From the NCBI RefSeq assembly GCF_009914755.1, contig NC_060927.1: a stretch of DNA of 64,000 nt. One strand, 5' to 3'. Numbering within the stretch: position 1 is the first letter of the stretch; each line of letters begins with the position of its first letter. This DNA is from the human T2T-CHM13v2.0 reference genome, Homo sapiens. The notes under the pieces are model-generated. The model made no database searches and was not told where the DNA came from. It was given only the letters and a program-made list of their open reading frames with translations. Shown here in pieces: positions 26,901 through 43,373 of the stretch. Position numbers and translations under genes: made by a program.

Positions 26901-29900
26901 TACTCAGTAGCTGAAAATGAATGCTGCACTGAACCACACTTACTAATGGGATTCTGCCCTCTCCCTCAGAAATGAGAGTCCAGAGCAGTACCAGTCGCTT
27001 TTCTGGGGCGTGCTAGCTAGCAAAAGATTTTCACAGGTCTCTGAGGGAATGCTTATGGGTTTGGGGAAATAACCCTCTAATGTCAAAGACAGTATTTATT
27101 TTTGTTTCCTTTGTATTTTTGTAGAAGTCTTAGCTATTTCATCCCACTCATCTCTTCTCACTTCACTATTCTGTTCATTCATTCAGGTTTTACTTTCTGT
27201 TAGGTGATAGGCAGTATACATCACGATATTATCCGTCCCCTTCCCCGTTCGCCTTCCCTTTAGTTTGTTCATTCACCTTGCCCAATTATACATTAATAAT
27301 ACATTAATGATTAACAATACTTTGAAAATAATCTGAAAATATTTCAAAACTTATTTTTTCCTTTTCTGATGGTAATTCACCTTTTTTCTGTTATATTTGA
27401 AGCGAGTTAATTAAATCATGTTTGTAGAAATGCTTCATGCAGTTCGTCCCACAAAGTCGATGTAAGATAAATGACAATTTCTGCCATTTCTTTATAGCAT
27501 AGAGGTAATTCCATTAAATAAAGATCAGAAACTTAATACTGTAGTCAAATTGTGATGTAGCAAATATTGACTTTTTAAACTACATATGGCAATTCATTGT
27601 CATTGTTATTAGTATAAACAAGTCTGGACAATGTAGTTCCAGAGAAACAGGTTCATAGAACACATATATTAACTGTTTTTGGATCCCATTCTGTTTCTCT
27701 GTTCTGTTCCACCAAGAAATCAAGAAGCTTGTGAATTTGCTGCCTGTTGTAGGAGCAATGAAGATACTCATTTACTGATTCTCAAGTCTAAAATAGGAAG
27801 GGAGAAAGTATCAAGAAATACAAATCTGAGGAATTTGGGTTTACAGAGTGATAGAAAGACACAGGGCTGATAGCTCCTGTATCCCAAGCATCAGGAATTC
27901 TTGGAGAAAGAGAAGAGAGGTCACAGGTAACACCATGATTAGGGATTTAGTATGAGAAATGAAAGAAACACAATGTAATTTTATAGCCCAGCTGCTACCA
28001 AGAAACAGGACCACATTATTTGTAGCCTACTTTTCCAAGAAAAAAAAAAAAAAAAGAAAACTTGAGGAAACAGCAACAAATATTTCTTTTGATCAGACCC
28101 CCACACATTTGCTAGATTAAATTTACATTAGTGTGTATATATTGCCTACAAGCTGTAAGCTACTTGAAGGTAACACAAGGCTTTGGGCAGATCCCCACAC
28201 ATCCTGATTTATTTCTTGCACTTGAAGCAGAGCATCTTGGCAATAGAAAGCCTTCAATATATGGTGAGTTAATAAGTGGCAAAACACATTTCTGTTTCAA
28301 ATCTAATCAGAGATAAAGGAAGGAAGGCTGCATCCCAGAAGTTTGAGTTAGGAGTGTCTAGTTTGGATTCCCAGAGTCATCACTTGTGCATAAGCTAGGG
28401 CAAGATAAATGAATTATGCATCTCTTTCTTCATTTGTAAAAATTTGTTAATAAACATAACTCAAGGCAGTTTGAACAGGAAAATATAATTATATAAATAA
28501 AGGGCTTAAGTATATGTTAAACAATCAAAGTGATAACTGAAAATATTTGGCTGGAAAACTCATGTAAATTTCCATTGGCAAGGAAAAGGATTCCTTTTCC
28601 AAAATATGTATCTAATTGTTTGATATCTGAAATTTTTTTCTGGAGCTTCAATTACAACAATCCTCAGTAAAAAAAGAAAATAATAATAACTTATCAATAG
28701 TAGTGAGTCTCATTCATTATATAGGAAACTGATTTTATTATCTTCTTTTTACTTCATTTTTACTGATTTTATTATCTTCAATTTTACTACTTTCTTTTTT
28801 ACTGCAATACATTATTAAAGTATAGAACAATATGGGGTCTATAATTAAAAAGGTATATCCATAGAGAGGAAAAATTGAATGCATGGATAAAACAGAGTTT
28901 TGTTGATCTATTTTAAATAAACAGAAAATAAGTAGGGATGCATTTGTACACTGTAGCCCAACAAAAAAATAAATTGATCATCCATTGGTTGTCTAAATCA
29001 GAGATAAATTTAAAATATTGTTAATTATTTAGGGACAGACCTTGTGAATGTCAAGATGTACATATGCTTCCAAGTTATAAGGAAATCATCAAACACTGTG
29101 AAGATCATCCACAAGGAGCTCTACCTGTAATCAAACTAGGAATGTCTTGCCTTTGTGAGTTACCATCCCCAAAATAAATTGACTAAAGTTTGATGGATTT
29201 TATGAGCCTTCCCAAAGAGGCAGCTTTTAATTTCATTGATTATCTTTGTTGTCCTGTTTTCTATTTTATTAATTTCCACACTGATCTTTATTATTCTATT
29301 TTTTGTGTATAATTTTTTCTTCTTTTTCTAGTTTCTTAATATGAATGATGTCATTGATTTGAGACCTTTCTTATGTTTTAACGAATGTACTCAGTGCTAT
29401 AACTCCATTCCTAAGTACTGGCATTTTACCCATTGTGACACCTTGTTTTTCATTTTCATTTAGTTATTTATATGTTTGCTATTTAGTTTTCAATAGTTGG
29501 ATATTACTAAAAAACTTTCTGCCATTGTTCAAAGAATATACTTTATATGACTTGAATCTTTTTAAATTCAATAAAATTTGTTGTATGGCTTAGCACGTGT
29601 TCTATCTTCATAAATGTTTTACAGGTACTTGGGAAGAATGTATAATCTACTGCTGTTGGGTGGCATATTCCCAAAATTTTGATTAAATTAGTTGATAAGG
29701 TTGCTCAAGTCTACTATATCTTTACTGATATTATCTTAATTTTTTCTGTCAATTATTGGCAAAGGAGTTTTAAATTTTCAGACTGTGATTATGGATTTGT
29801 CTATTCCTCCTTAGAGTTCCATTAGTTTTGCTTTATGTATTTGAGCTTACACTCAATACACATGCTCAATATTACATGTGTAAATCCTTAGTGTTTTTAT

Positions 29901-30021
29901 GTCCTCCTGATGAACTGATACCTGCATTAAGAGATTATATTCTTCATTCATGGTAGTATTTATTGTTCTGAAACCTATTTTGCCTGATATTGATATAGTT
30001 ACTTCATGTTTCTTTCCTTGG

Positions 30022-30220
30022 GAGTGGAACATCACACATCAGGGCCTGCCAGGTGGTAGGGGGCTAGGGGAGGGATAGCATTAGGAGAAATACATAACGT
30101 AGATGACAGGCTGATGGGTGCGGCAAACCACAATGGCACCTGTATACCTAGGTAACAAACCTGCACGTTCTGCACGTATATCCCAGAGCTTAAAGTATAG
30201 TAAAAAATTAAAAAATAAAA
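30022..30220 (+). mobile_element. L1PA7/8-like 3'UTR end
   Basis: GGGGCTAGGGGAGGGATAGCATTAGGAGAAATAC...CTTAAAGTATA followed by an A tail. Confidence 0.85.
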
Positions 30221-30224
30221 CATA

Positions 30225-30525
30225 AAGTTTTACATATTAAAATAGTTTTAGATTTACAGAAAAAATTCAAAGATTGAATGGAGAATCCTCATGTATTCAG
30301 CATCCAATTTCTTCTATTATTTACATCTACCATTAATATGTCACATCTCTTACAATCAGTAAACCAATCATGCTAGGTTATTTTCAACTAAAGCCCATGC
30401 TATATTCAGATCTTTAGTTTTAATCTAGTGCTATTTTCCTGTTCCAGAATGACAACCAAGATGCTGACATTATATTTAGTAGTCATATGTCCTCAGGTTA
30501 TTCTTGGTCGTGACTATTTCCAGCT
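30225..30525 (-). mobile_element. L1MB/MC-like 3' end
   Basis: AAATAGTTTTAGATTTACAGAAAAAATTCAAAGAT is a typical antisense L1M terminus. Confidence 0.6.
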
Positions 30526-31579
30526 TTCTTCTATTAGTGGTAGTGTGCTGTGTCTTAGTTTATCCTATTTGTGTCTTTATAGTTGAAATGTGTTTCTTGG
30601 AGGCAGCATATAGTTAGTTAGGTCCTGATTTTTATCAGTGTGATAATCATTGTCTCTTAACTAGGACAATCTTTGCTTTTTAATCATTCCTACCTAATAT
30701 GATTATTTATTTGGTTAAGTTTATCATCTTCTTATTTTGATGTGTCAACTTAATTTATTCTCTGTTCCCATTTTCTTCTTTTTTGCGTTCTTTTGGATTT
30801 GCTATTTATGACTCTTTTTAAATCGCTTTTTGGGTTTATCAGTGAAACTCTTTTAAAGTATTTTAGTAGTTGCTTTAAGATGTATAGTTTACATCTTTGA
30901 TTTGTCACACTGTACTTTTAATTAATATTATGCCACTTAATATAAAGAAAAATAACCCACAATTTCATACTTCTCCTTCTCTCCTAGTATTTGTGCTATT
31001 ATTGCCATTCTTTTTACCTTTACATAGTTATAAACCTTACACTGTATCATTATCATTTTTATTTTAAAAAATCAATTATCTTTTCTCTCTGACACCCTGT
31101 TCTAAGAACTGTAGCCACCTCGTGAGTCAGCCAGGCCTCTCCTGGATTTCCTGTTCCTCTAGTGGAACTTGAAAATTCTCTCAATATAGTAAATTGGAAA
31201 ATTTTATACCTCATCCCATTTGTCTTTGATCTTTCAAGGCTCACTGTCCTTTATTTCCTTATAACAAGTGTTTTGAAAGCTGGCATTTCATATATTTTGT
31301 TTGTTTAGTAGGAAGGTAAATCTGGTCCTTTTTATTACATTTTGGCCTTCCAAAATAAGTTAAGAGGAGAGTAGTTCTTTATGTAGTGATTTTTTGCAAG
31401 TGTTCTAACAGGAATTTAAACCTCATGTGGCAATATCAAATATACACACACACAGTTATGTAGCTTCTCAAATCCCAAGCCTCCTTATACTAGGAATTAT
31501 GGAAGTAGGTTTTCAACAAAACAAAACAAAAGCGTAATGCTATGTAAGAATGCGATATAATAGGAGGAACACTGACTTG

Positions 31580-31990
31580 TGTCAGATGACCGGGATTAAA
31601 ATCCAAGAATGTATCCCTGTGACTATGAACAAATAATACAGCCCATTTGAAACTCATTTTCTTCACATAAAAAAACCGAATTAATAATTCCAAGCTTACA
31701 AGTTTTTATTGAAGACCAAAAATGAAACACTGTGTGGCTCACACTGGATCCCTAAAATGCTTTATTCTCTACTAAAATGGGTTAGATTTCATATCAACTT
31801 GTATGAACCTGAATGCCTAATATGTGCAAGACATCATCATGTGTTATAATTTACCCTATCAAAACTAAAAATACAAGTATTATCCCCGTTTTATAGCTAA
31901 GGGAACTGAATATCCAAAAATAGATAATTATGGCTGAATTTACAAAATGAGTAAGAATTTGTTTAGGATTTGAACACAATTCAGTTTTAA
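31580..31990. mobile_element. Two MIR fragments in opposite orientations
   Basis: CTCATTTTCTTCACATAAAAAA-type core near 31650. TATCCCCGTTTTATAGCTAAGGGAACTGA...AGGATTTGAAC near 31880-31975. Confidence 0.5.
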
Positions 31991-32155
31991 TCCGTGATTT
32001 TTTAATGCTCTTTCTGCAGGGATTAAGCTTCTTTGTCGTAAAATAATTTAAATGTATATTTTAGTTTTAGAAATATGGACAAAATACCAGATTTTCACAT
32101 ATCCTTCACAGACACTTGCTATTTTGTGTGCTAATTATATCTACAGTTCTATAGA

Positions 32156-32469
32156 GGCCAGGCACGGTGTCTTACACCTGTAATCACAGCACCGTGGGAT
32201 GCCAGGAAAGTAGGATAGCTTGCAGTGAGAAATTTGAGACCAGACTGGGAATCTTTGGAGACATGGTCTCTACAAAATATTTAAAAATGAGCTGGGTGAG
32301 GTGGCATCATGTCTATACTTCCATCTACTCAGGATGCCAAGGTGAGAGGCTTATTTGAGCCCAGGAGTTGGAGAGTTGGAGCCTACAGTGAGCTATGATC
32401 ATGTCACTGCACTCTAGCCTGGGCGACAGAGCAAGACACTCTCTCCAAAACAAAGAAAGAAAAAATTCT
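32156..32469 (+). mobile_element. Old Alu (AluJ-like) whose A-tail is the L1HS target
   Basis: GGCCAGGCACGGTG...GAGCTATGATCATGTCACTGCACTCTAGCCTGGGCGACAGAGCAAGAC followed by an A-rich tail. Confidence 0.9.
32452..32469 (+). repeat. L1HS 5' target-site duplication
   Basis: AAAGAAAGAAAAAATTCT, identical to 38523-38540. Confidence 0.9.
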
Positions 32470-33374
32470 GAGGGAGGAGCCAAGATGGCCGAATAGGAAC
32501 AGCTCCGGTCTACAGCTCCCAGCGTGAGCGACGCAGAAGACGGTGATTTCTGCATTTCCATCTGAGGTACCGGGTTCATCTCACTAGGGAGTGCCAGACA
32601 GTGGGCGCAGGCCAGTGTGTGTGCGCACCGTGCGCGAGCCGAAGCAGGGCGAGGCATTGCCTCACCTGGGAAGCGCAAGGGGTCAGGGAGTTCCCTTTCC
32701 GAGTCAAAGAAAGGGGTGACGGACGCACCTGGAAAATCGGGTCACTCCCACCCGAATATTGCGCTTTTCAGACCGGCTTAAGAAACGGCGCACCACGAGA
32801 CTATATCCCACACCTGGCTCGGAGGGTCCTACGCCCACGGAATCTCGCTGATTGCTAGCACAGCAGTCTGAGATCAAACTGCAAGGCGGCAACGAGGCTG
32901 GGGGAGGGGCGCCCGCCATTGCCCAGGCTTGCTTAGGTAAACAAAGCAGCCGGGAAGCTCGAACTGGGTGGAGCCCACCACAGCTCAAGGAGGCCTGCCT
33001 GCCTCTGTAGGCTCCACCTCTGGGGGCAGGGCACAGACAAACAAAAAGACAGCAGTAACCTCTGCAGACTTAAGTGTCCCTGTCTGACAGCTTTGAAGAG
33101 AGCAGTGGTTCTCCCAGCACGCAGCTGGAGATCTGAGAACGGGCAGACTGCCTCCTCAAGTGGGTCCCTGACTCCTGACCCCCGAGCAGCCTAACTGGGA
33201 GGCACCCCCCAGCAGGGGCACACTGACACCTCACAGGGCAGGGTATTCCAACAGACCTGCAGCTGAGGGTCCTGTCTGTTAGAAGGAAAACTAACAACCA
33301 GAAAGGACATCTACACCGAAAACCCATCTGTACATCACCATCATCAAAGACCAAAAGTAGATAAAACCACAAAG
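32470..33374 (+). promoter_or_regulatory. L1 5'UTR: internal sense promoter, CpG island and antisense promoter
   Basis: YY1 site CAAGATGGCC at 32481-32490. RUNX3 site TGCATTTCCATCTGAGGTA at 32551-32569. SOX sites AACAAA at 32940 and 33040. CpGs are retained. Confidence 0.9.
32704..32919 (-). CDS. ORF0: L1 ORF0 (71 aa, antisense, primate-specific)
   Basis: [36 protein letters not shown]...VRHPFL with the ATG at 32919. The ORF track extends the frame upstream from a non-ATG codon. Confidence 0.9.
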
Positions 33375-34391
33375 ATGGGGAAAAAACAGAACAGAAAAAC
33401 TGGAAACTCTAAAACGCAGAGCGCCTCTCCTCCTCCAAAGGAACGCAGTTCCTCACCAGCAACAGAACAAAGCTGGATGGAGAATGATTTTGACGAGCTG
33501 AGAGAAGAAGGCTTCAGACGATCAAATTACTCTGAGCTACGGGAGGACATTCAAACCAAAGGCAAAGAAGTTGAAAACTTTGAAAAAAATTTAGAAGAAT
33601 GTATAACTAGAATAACCAATACAGAGAAGTGCTTAAAGGAGCTGATGGAGCTGAAAACCAAGGCTCGAGAACTACGTGAAGAATGCAGAAGCCTCAGGAG
33701 CCGATGCGATCAACTGGAAGAAAGGGTATCAGCAATGGAAGATGAAATGAATGAAATGAAGCGAGAAGGGAAGTTTAGAGAAAAAAGAATAAAAAGAAAT
33801 GAGCAAAGCCTCCAAGAAATATGGGACTATGTGAAAAGACCAAATCTACGTCTGATTGGTGTACCTGAAAGTGATGTGGAGAATGGAACCAAGTTGGAAA
33901 ACACTCTGCAGGATATTATCCAGGAGAACTTCCCCAATCTAGCAAGGCAGGCCAACGTTCAGATTCAGGAAATACAGAGAACGCCACAAAGATACTCCTC
34001 GAGAAGAGCAACTCCAAGACACATAATTGTCAGATTCACCAAAGTTGAAATGAAGGAAAAAATGTTAAGGGCAGCCAGAGAGAAAGGTCGGGTTACCCTC
34101 AAAGGAAAGCCCATCAGAATAACAGCGGATCTCTCGGCAGAAACCCTACAAGCCAGAAGAGAGTGGGGGCCAATATTCAACATTCTTAAAGAAAAGAATT
34201 TTCAACCCAGAATTTCATATCCAGCCAAACTAACCTTCATAAGTGAAGGAGAAATAAAATACTTTATAGACAAGCAAATGTTGAGAGATTTTGTCACCAC
34301 CAGGCCTGCCCTAAAAGAGCTCCTGAAGGAAGCGCTAAACATGGAAAGGAACAACCGGTACCAGCCGCTGCAAAATCATGCCAAAATGTAA
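33375..34391 (+). CDS. ORF1: LINE-1 ORF1p (RNA-binding nucleic-acid chaperone), 338 aa
   Basis: Full-length MGKKQNRK...NHAKM with REKG235-238 and RR261-262 intact. YPAKLS reads YPAKLT. Confidence 0.98.
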   Translation: MGKKQNRKTGNSKTQSASPPPKERSSSPATEQSWMENDFDELREEGFRRSNYSELREDIQTKGKEVENFEKNLEECITRITNTEKCLKELMELKTKARELREECRSLRSRCDQLEERVSAMEDEMNEMKREGKFREKRIKRNEQSLQEIWDYVKRPNLRLIGVPESDVENGTKLENTLQDIIQENFPNLARQANVQIQEIQRTPQRYSSRRATPRHIIVRFTKVEMKEKMLRAAREKGRVTLKGKPIRITADLSAETLQARREWGPIFNILKEKNFQPRISYPAKLTFISEGEIKYFIDKQMLRDFVTTRPALKELLKEALNMERNNRYQPLQNHAKM

Positions 34392-34430
34392 AGACCATCG
34401 AGACTAGGAAGAAACTGCATCAACTAATGA

Positions 34431-38282
<3,852 letters not shown>

Positions 38283-38484
38283 ACAATGAGATCACATGGA
38301 CACAGGAAGGGGAATATCACACTCTGGGGACTGTGGTGGGGTCGGGGAAGGGGGGAGGGATAGCATTGGGAGATATACCTAATGCTAGATGACACATTAG
38401 TGGGTGCAGCGCACCAGCATGGCACATGTATACATATGTAACTAACCTGCACAATGTGCACATGTACCCTAAAACTTAGAGTAT

Positions 38485-38485
38485 A

Positions 38486-38525
<40 letters not shown>
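38485..38525 (+). terminator. L1 polyadenylation signal and poly(A) tail
   Basis: AATAAA at 38485-38490 runs into an uninterrupted A tract at 38488-38525. Confidence 0.9.
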
Positions 38526-38527
<2 letters not shown>

Positions 38528-38540
38528 AAGAAAAAATTCT
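38523..38540 (+). repeat. L1HS 3' target-site duplication
   Basis: Matches 32452-32469. The left edge is ambiguous because it merges with the poly(A). Confidence 0.9.
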
Positions 38541-39499
38541 ATGGAGTCTGTAGTTATGTACTATTACTTCTACAAACTCTATAAAATGGTAAATATTCAA
38601 CATGCATTTCTGAATAAGTGGAATTCATTTTCTACACACTATATATGAGATAAATTATCATTATTTTCCTTAAGATATTGTTTTTGACAATGACATCTCA
38701 AAAGACTCTTAGTTGTAACCTGAAAAAAAAATCAAAATGCACACCCATAAGGAAATAGCTACCACTTTTTTAGTTTCTGATTCAGCATGTTTTGGTTGTT
38801 TTTATAACATAACATGAATTTCTGTTATGCATAATACAAATTGACAATGTCGAAAAAGCAGCATTTCAGAAGCCTGGCAAATGCCATAACTACTCTTAAA
38901 ATCACATCCTGCTATTTTATGTTAATATTTTAAAATGCTTTGCATTAACAATACTCTGAATCATTATAACGAGGATTACATTTTTTCTCCAAAGAGTAGT
39001 ATTTTATGCTCTTTTAGTATGACCTTTCTTTTAGTCTATTTTGAGTTCAGTCTATCTTCTTTTCTGTCAAGTATTATTTAGTAAAAATGTTTTAACAATT
39101 CATTGCTTATATATGATGTTTAAGACTGGATTTCTCAATCTGACTCTGTGTCTTCCATCTGCACTTAGAGACAAAGATCACTTTTGCCACCATCTCGCAA
39201 GCACAGAAATCACCTTTCAAGTTTATACATTTTCCCACTAGCCAAGCTCTCAGGGGTCTCTCTTGCTGCTTCTTCATATTTCTCTCCTCAGGAACCTCTT
39301 CTGTCCCCTTCCTGTTGTCATTATCACAGACATCCTAAGTGCCACACATCAGTTTGCTGCTCTGCTTACCTATGTGGTTTTCTGAGGGAAAAATCCTAAA
39401 GTAGCTTAGTTCAAGAGTAACAATGGGAGAAACATCAGCATACTCACGCACACGCACACGTGCACACATAAAATCTTACTGTTTTCTCTTTATAGTTTA

Positions 39500-39740
39500 G
39501 TAGCTATGACTTCAAAATGTGGAGTAAGCTTTCTGGGTTCAAATCCCAGCTCTTTCAGCAAATAACTGCATGACACTCAACAATATTGTTTAACCTCTTT
39601 GTGTTCCAATCTTCTTACAAATTAAATGAAAGTAGTCAATGTACTTACTTTTCAGTGTTCATTATGGCATAAGCATAACCCTCTTCTAACCATAGCTACA
39701 CTGATAAGTCTGGCATGTAATATTTATCAGGTAAAAGTTA
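39500..39740 (+). mobile_element. MIR
   Basis: CTGGGTTCAAATCCCAGCTCT...TTAACCTCTTTGTGTTCC. Confidence 0.6.
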
Positions 39741-41103
39741 GCTATGACTACTGCTGCAGATAATACTAATACTGTTACTATTGCAGTGAGTAGTACTGCT
39801 ATAGTATACAAATAAAGATTCACTTGGTTAAAAGCATACCAGAGGCAAAATGTTGACATTGGTGCCTCCATTTTATGTACTTCTACACTAATCCCAGATT
39901 TAGAGAGTCACTACTAGTGTTGTTTATTTCTTTCTTATCCAAAATCTTCTCTCAGAAAAAATCAAAGCAATGAAATAAACAAAAACCAATTCCTTTAACC
40001 ATGATCATAAATAATATTTACTTTCCAAACATTTCTCTTTTTAATAGAAAGAGGACTGAACCTGGAAATAGTTAGCTTTATTAAACAATTTTTAAGAGTT
40101 AGAAAACTTTACATGTATCACTTTATTTAGTCATGTAACAACCCTATCAGAAAAGGAATTATTAGAACATTTTATAAATGAAGAAATTAAAGTTCAGAAA
40201 AAAAATGGAATTATGTGGTCAAGGTCAGATATAAAATAAGAGTTGATAATGAGTGTCAAGACCAGTCTTTGCTGCCTTCTGAGATAAAGAGATGAGAACT
40301 TAAGTCTAAACCTGGAATTTCTGACTGAATTGCACTCTATACCTAGCTGACTAGAAAGGTATTTTGAGCACTTAGCGATTGGGTCTTTGCTAAGTACACC
40401 TGCAGTTATCCCTTAAAGTTGACATCTTTATGCTTCTGTGGCTTTCCCAAGCTTGAAGAAATAATTAAGCAGTAGGTAAGGTGACATTTGGATACATGCA
40501 TTTTGAGCCAGAGCAGAGACAGCTGCCAGTCTTATCTTATATCCATTGATTGCTTCTGCCAATGATTTAATTAATTCCCAGCATATGAAAGACCTTGTTG
40601 CTCTTTTAGTATACTCACTATATGTGAGACCATAATTGCTAGAATGATTATACTTAAAACCATAAGTTTTATAGCCTCTGATCATCTTGGATCTCTCTTT
40701 GAAACTCTTCAACGATTACTCATTGCAATAAAATTAAAACATGGTCTACCTTGTCTCTGACCTCCAACTGCCACCACTGAAGCATCATGTGGAGCCCCAT
40801 CCTCTCAGTCACTGCTTGCTCTATGCATTTACCTGCCCTCAGCATTTGGAACGTATTTCCACTATCCGGGCCTCTGGGTGCAGTTTTATTCCTTCTACCT
40901 ATGATACTCAGATTCACTCTTCTGGTTAATTCATCTTCAGGTACCTGCTCCGATGTTATTTTCTAGAGACATTCTTTCTGAATTTCAATATCTTATAAAT
41001 TAAATCCCTCTCTTATTTTTTCTGTTAACAACTTACTTTTTTCCTTCATAGCACTTATCTATGTAATAATTTTTATCCCACCTGGTAAATGCCAATGGGG
41101 TAG

Positions 41104-41802
41104 TGATATGGTTAGGCTTTGTGTCCCCACTCAAATTTCATCTTGAATTGTAATCCCCATAATCGCCATGTGCCAAGGAAGAGACTTAGTGGGAGGTGAT
41201 TGGATCATGAAAACAGTGCCCCCCATACTGTTCTCATGATAGTGAGTGAATTTGCATGAGATCTGATGGTTTTATAAAAGTGTCTGACAGTTCCTTTTTC
41301 ACACACTTGCTTGCTCTGAAATACCTGCCGCCACATAAGACATGTCTCTTCCTCTACCGCCATGATTGTAAACTCCCAGAGGCCTTCGCAGCCATGTGGA
41401 AATGTGGAACTGTGAGTCAGTTAGACTTCTTTTCTCCTTTTTTTTTTTTTTTTTTGAGACTGAGTCTCACTCTGTCGCCCAGGCTGGAGTGCAGTGGCGC
41501 GATCTCGGCTCACTGCGAGCTCCGCCTCCCGGGTTCACGCCTTCTCCTGCCTCAGCCTCCCGAGTTGCTGGGACTACAGGCGCCCGCCACCACGCCCTGC
41601 TAATTTTTGTATTTTCAGTAGAGACGGGGTTTCACCGTGTTAGCCAGGATGGTCTCAATCTCCTGACTTCATGATCCACCCTCCTTGGCCTCCCAAAGTG
41701 CTGGGATTACAGGCATGAGCCACTGCGCCCGGCCCACTTTTCTATATAAATTACCCAGTCTTGGGTAATATCTTTATAGCAGTGTGAGAATGGATTAATA
41801 CA
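41104..41802 (+). mobile_element. THE1D-like MaLR solo LTR (interrupted by an AluY, inserted in an L2 remnant)
   Basis: TGATATGGTTAGGCTTTGTGTCCCCAC...GGATTAATACA. 5-bp TSD GGTAG/GATAG. Confidence 0.85.
41438..41734 (-). mobile_element. AluY-like
   Basis: GGGTTCACGCC and CCGTGTTAGCCAGGATGG; CpG-rich. Confidence 0.9.
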
Positions 41803-41971
41803 GATAGGGACCATGTTTGTTTACCATTACAATCTTAGCATCTAGCCAAGTATGGCACATAGAAGGCACCTAATACATTCTTATTGGTAGGTAAAAGCAT
41901 GATTAAAAGAAAAGATTCTGTCTTAGCAATTAAAATTATGTGGTCTTCAAAATCAAGTGGTTTATGTAAAA

Positions 41972-41973
<2 letters not shown>

Positions 41974-42022
<49 letters not shown>
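41974..42022. repeat. (CA)n microsatellite
   Basis: About 24 units, seen directly. Confidence 0.95.
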
Positions 42023-42026
<4 letters not shown>

Positions 42027-43003
42027 TCATTATTGTGGAATGTCAGGGGGTTCCTTAATATTCCCAAAACTCAGATTTCTTGTCTGTAACATGAGTTTTA
42101 AAATACCCTCTCCATCAGAATACTTTGAAAATTGTGTATGAAAGCTTCTACTCAGTATCTGTTGTTTACCTTCTGTTTCCATTCACGACTTAGCATTGGT
42201 TTTTACCTGTGAACCCGCTTCACTGAATATCCTTCTACTAAAATCATAAATGCCTTATAAGAGCAGCTCTTCAGTTTTTGTCAGATTCATTATTATTTTG
42301 ATTCATTTATATTTTTCCCCTCACAAGTTCCTAGCTAAATTTGTCATTAATTTTTTGATTTCAGTAAGTTGGAGAATAATTATAACACCTTTCACTCACC
42401 TCTGAAAATGAGACCCAAGGAGACATAAAGACACTTATTTGGGTTGAGATGGTGGTTGTTTCAGTGTAAGCAGTTTATTTTTTTGACAGTATGAACTGTG
42501 ATAAATTATTTGGAGATGTTAGTGTCTGTAGTCTGGGGATGACTTACCACTTGAAGAGTGAGTATAAAGGTATAAGCCAAAGAGGTTAAAAAAGTGTAAA
42601 ATAATACATACTAGTGTTTGATTTTCCTCAAATGGATATTTTTATTTTGAGTGGCTCTAACATTTGCAAGAGTATGTTCACCAACATTCCTCCTGTGTTT
42701 ATTTGCAACTCTCTGGTTTTTCCAGCCTCTGTTTTTTTGCCCTCTCCTCCTAAATGTTATATCCAATGATAAAAGTATCTAGGAAAATACATATCCTTTT
42801 ATAGAAAGTTATTTTCCCCCAGTCTAAAAATATACCCATGATCTATAAATAAACGAAATAAAGGTAGAAAAATAAAAAAGTATATGAAATCAAACAAAAT
42901 TGGCTTTCTTCATAAATCCATCCTCTAATTGCTTGTGATAATCCCCATTTCAATGTTTTTTAAATGGTACATGGTTATGTTTTAATATTTAACAAATAAA
43001 AAA

Positions 43004-43373
<370 letters not shown>

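Larger units (their letters stand above)
29210..31290 (-). mobile_element. Ancient L1M fragments (ORF2 5' region), interrupted at ~30020-30525
   Basis: T-rich decayed antisense L1. The - strand translation retains EN-like ISISGKIGF...VSVHQEDIKTLRIY. Confidence 0.6.

Noticed and set aside
38488-38545. 3' transduction carried by the L1HS
   Set aside because: The poly(A) runs directly into the TSD with no intervening sequence.
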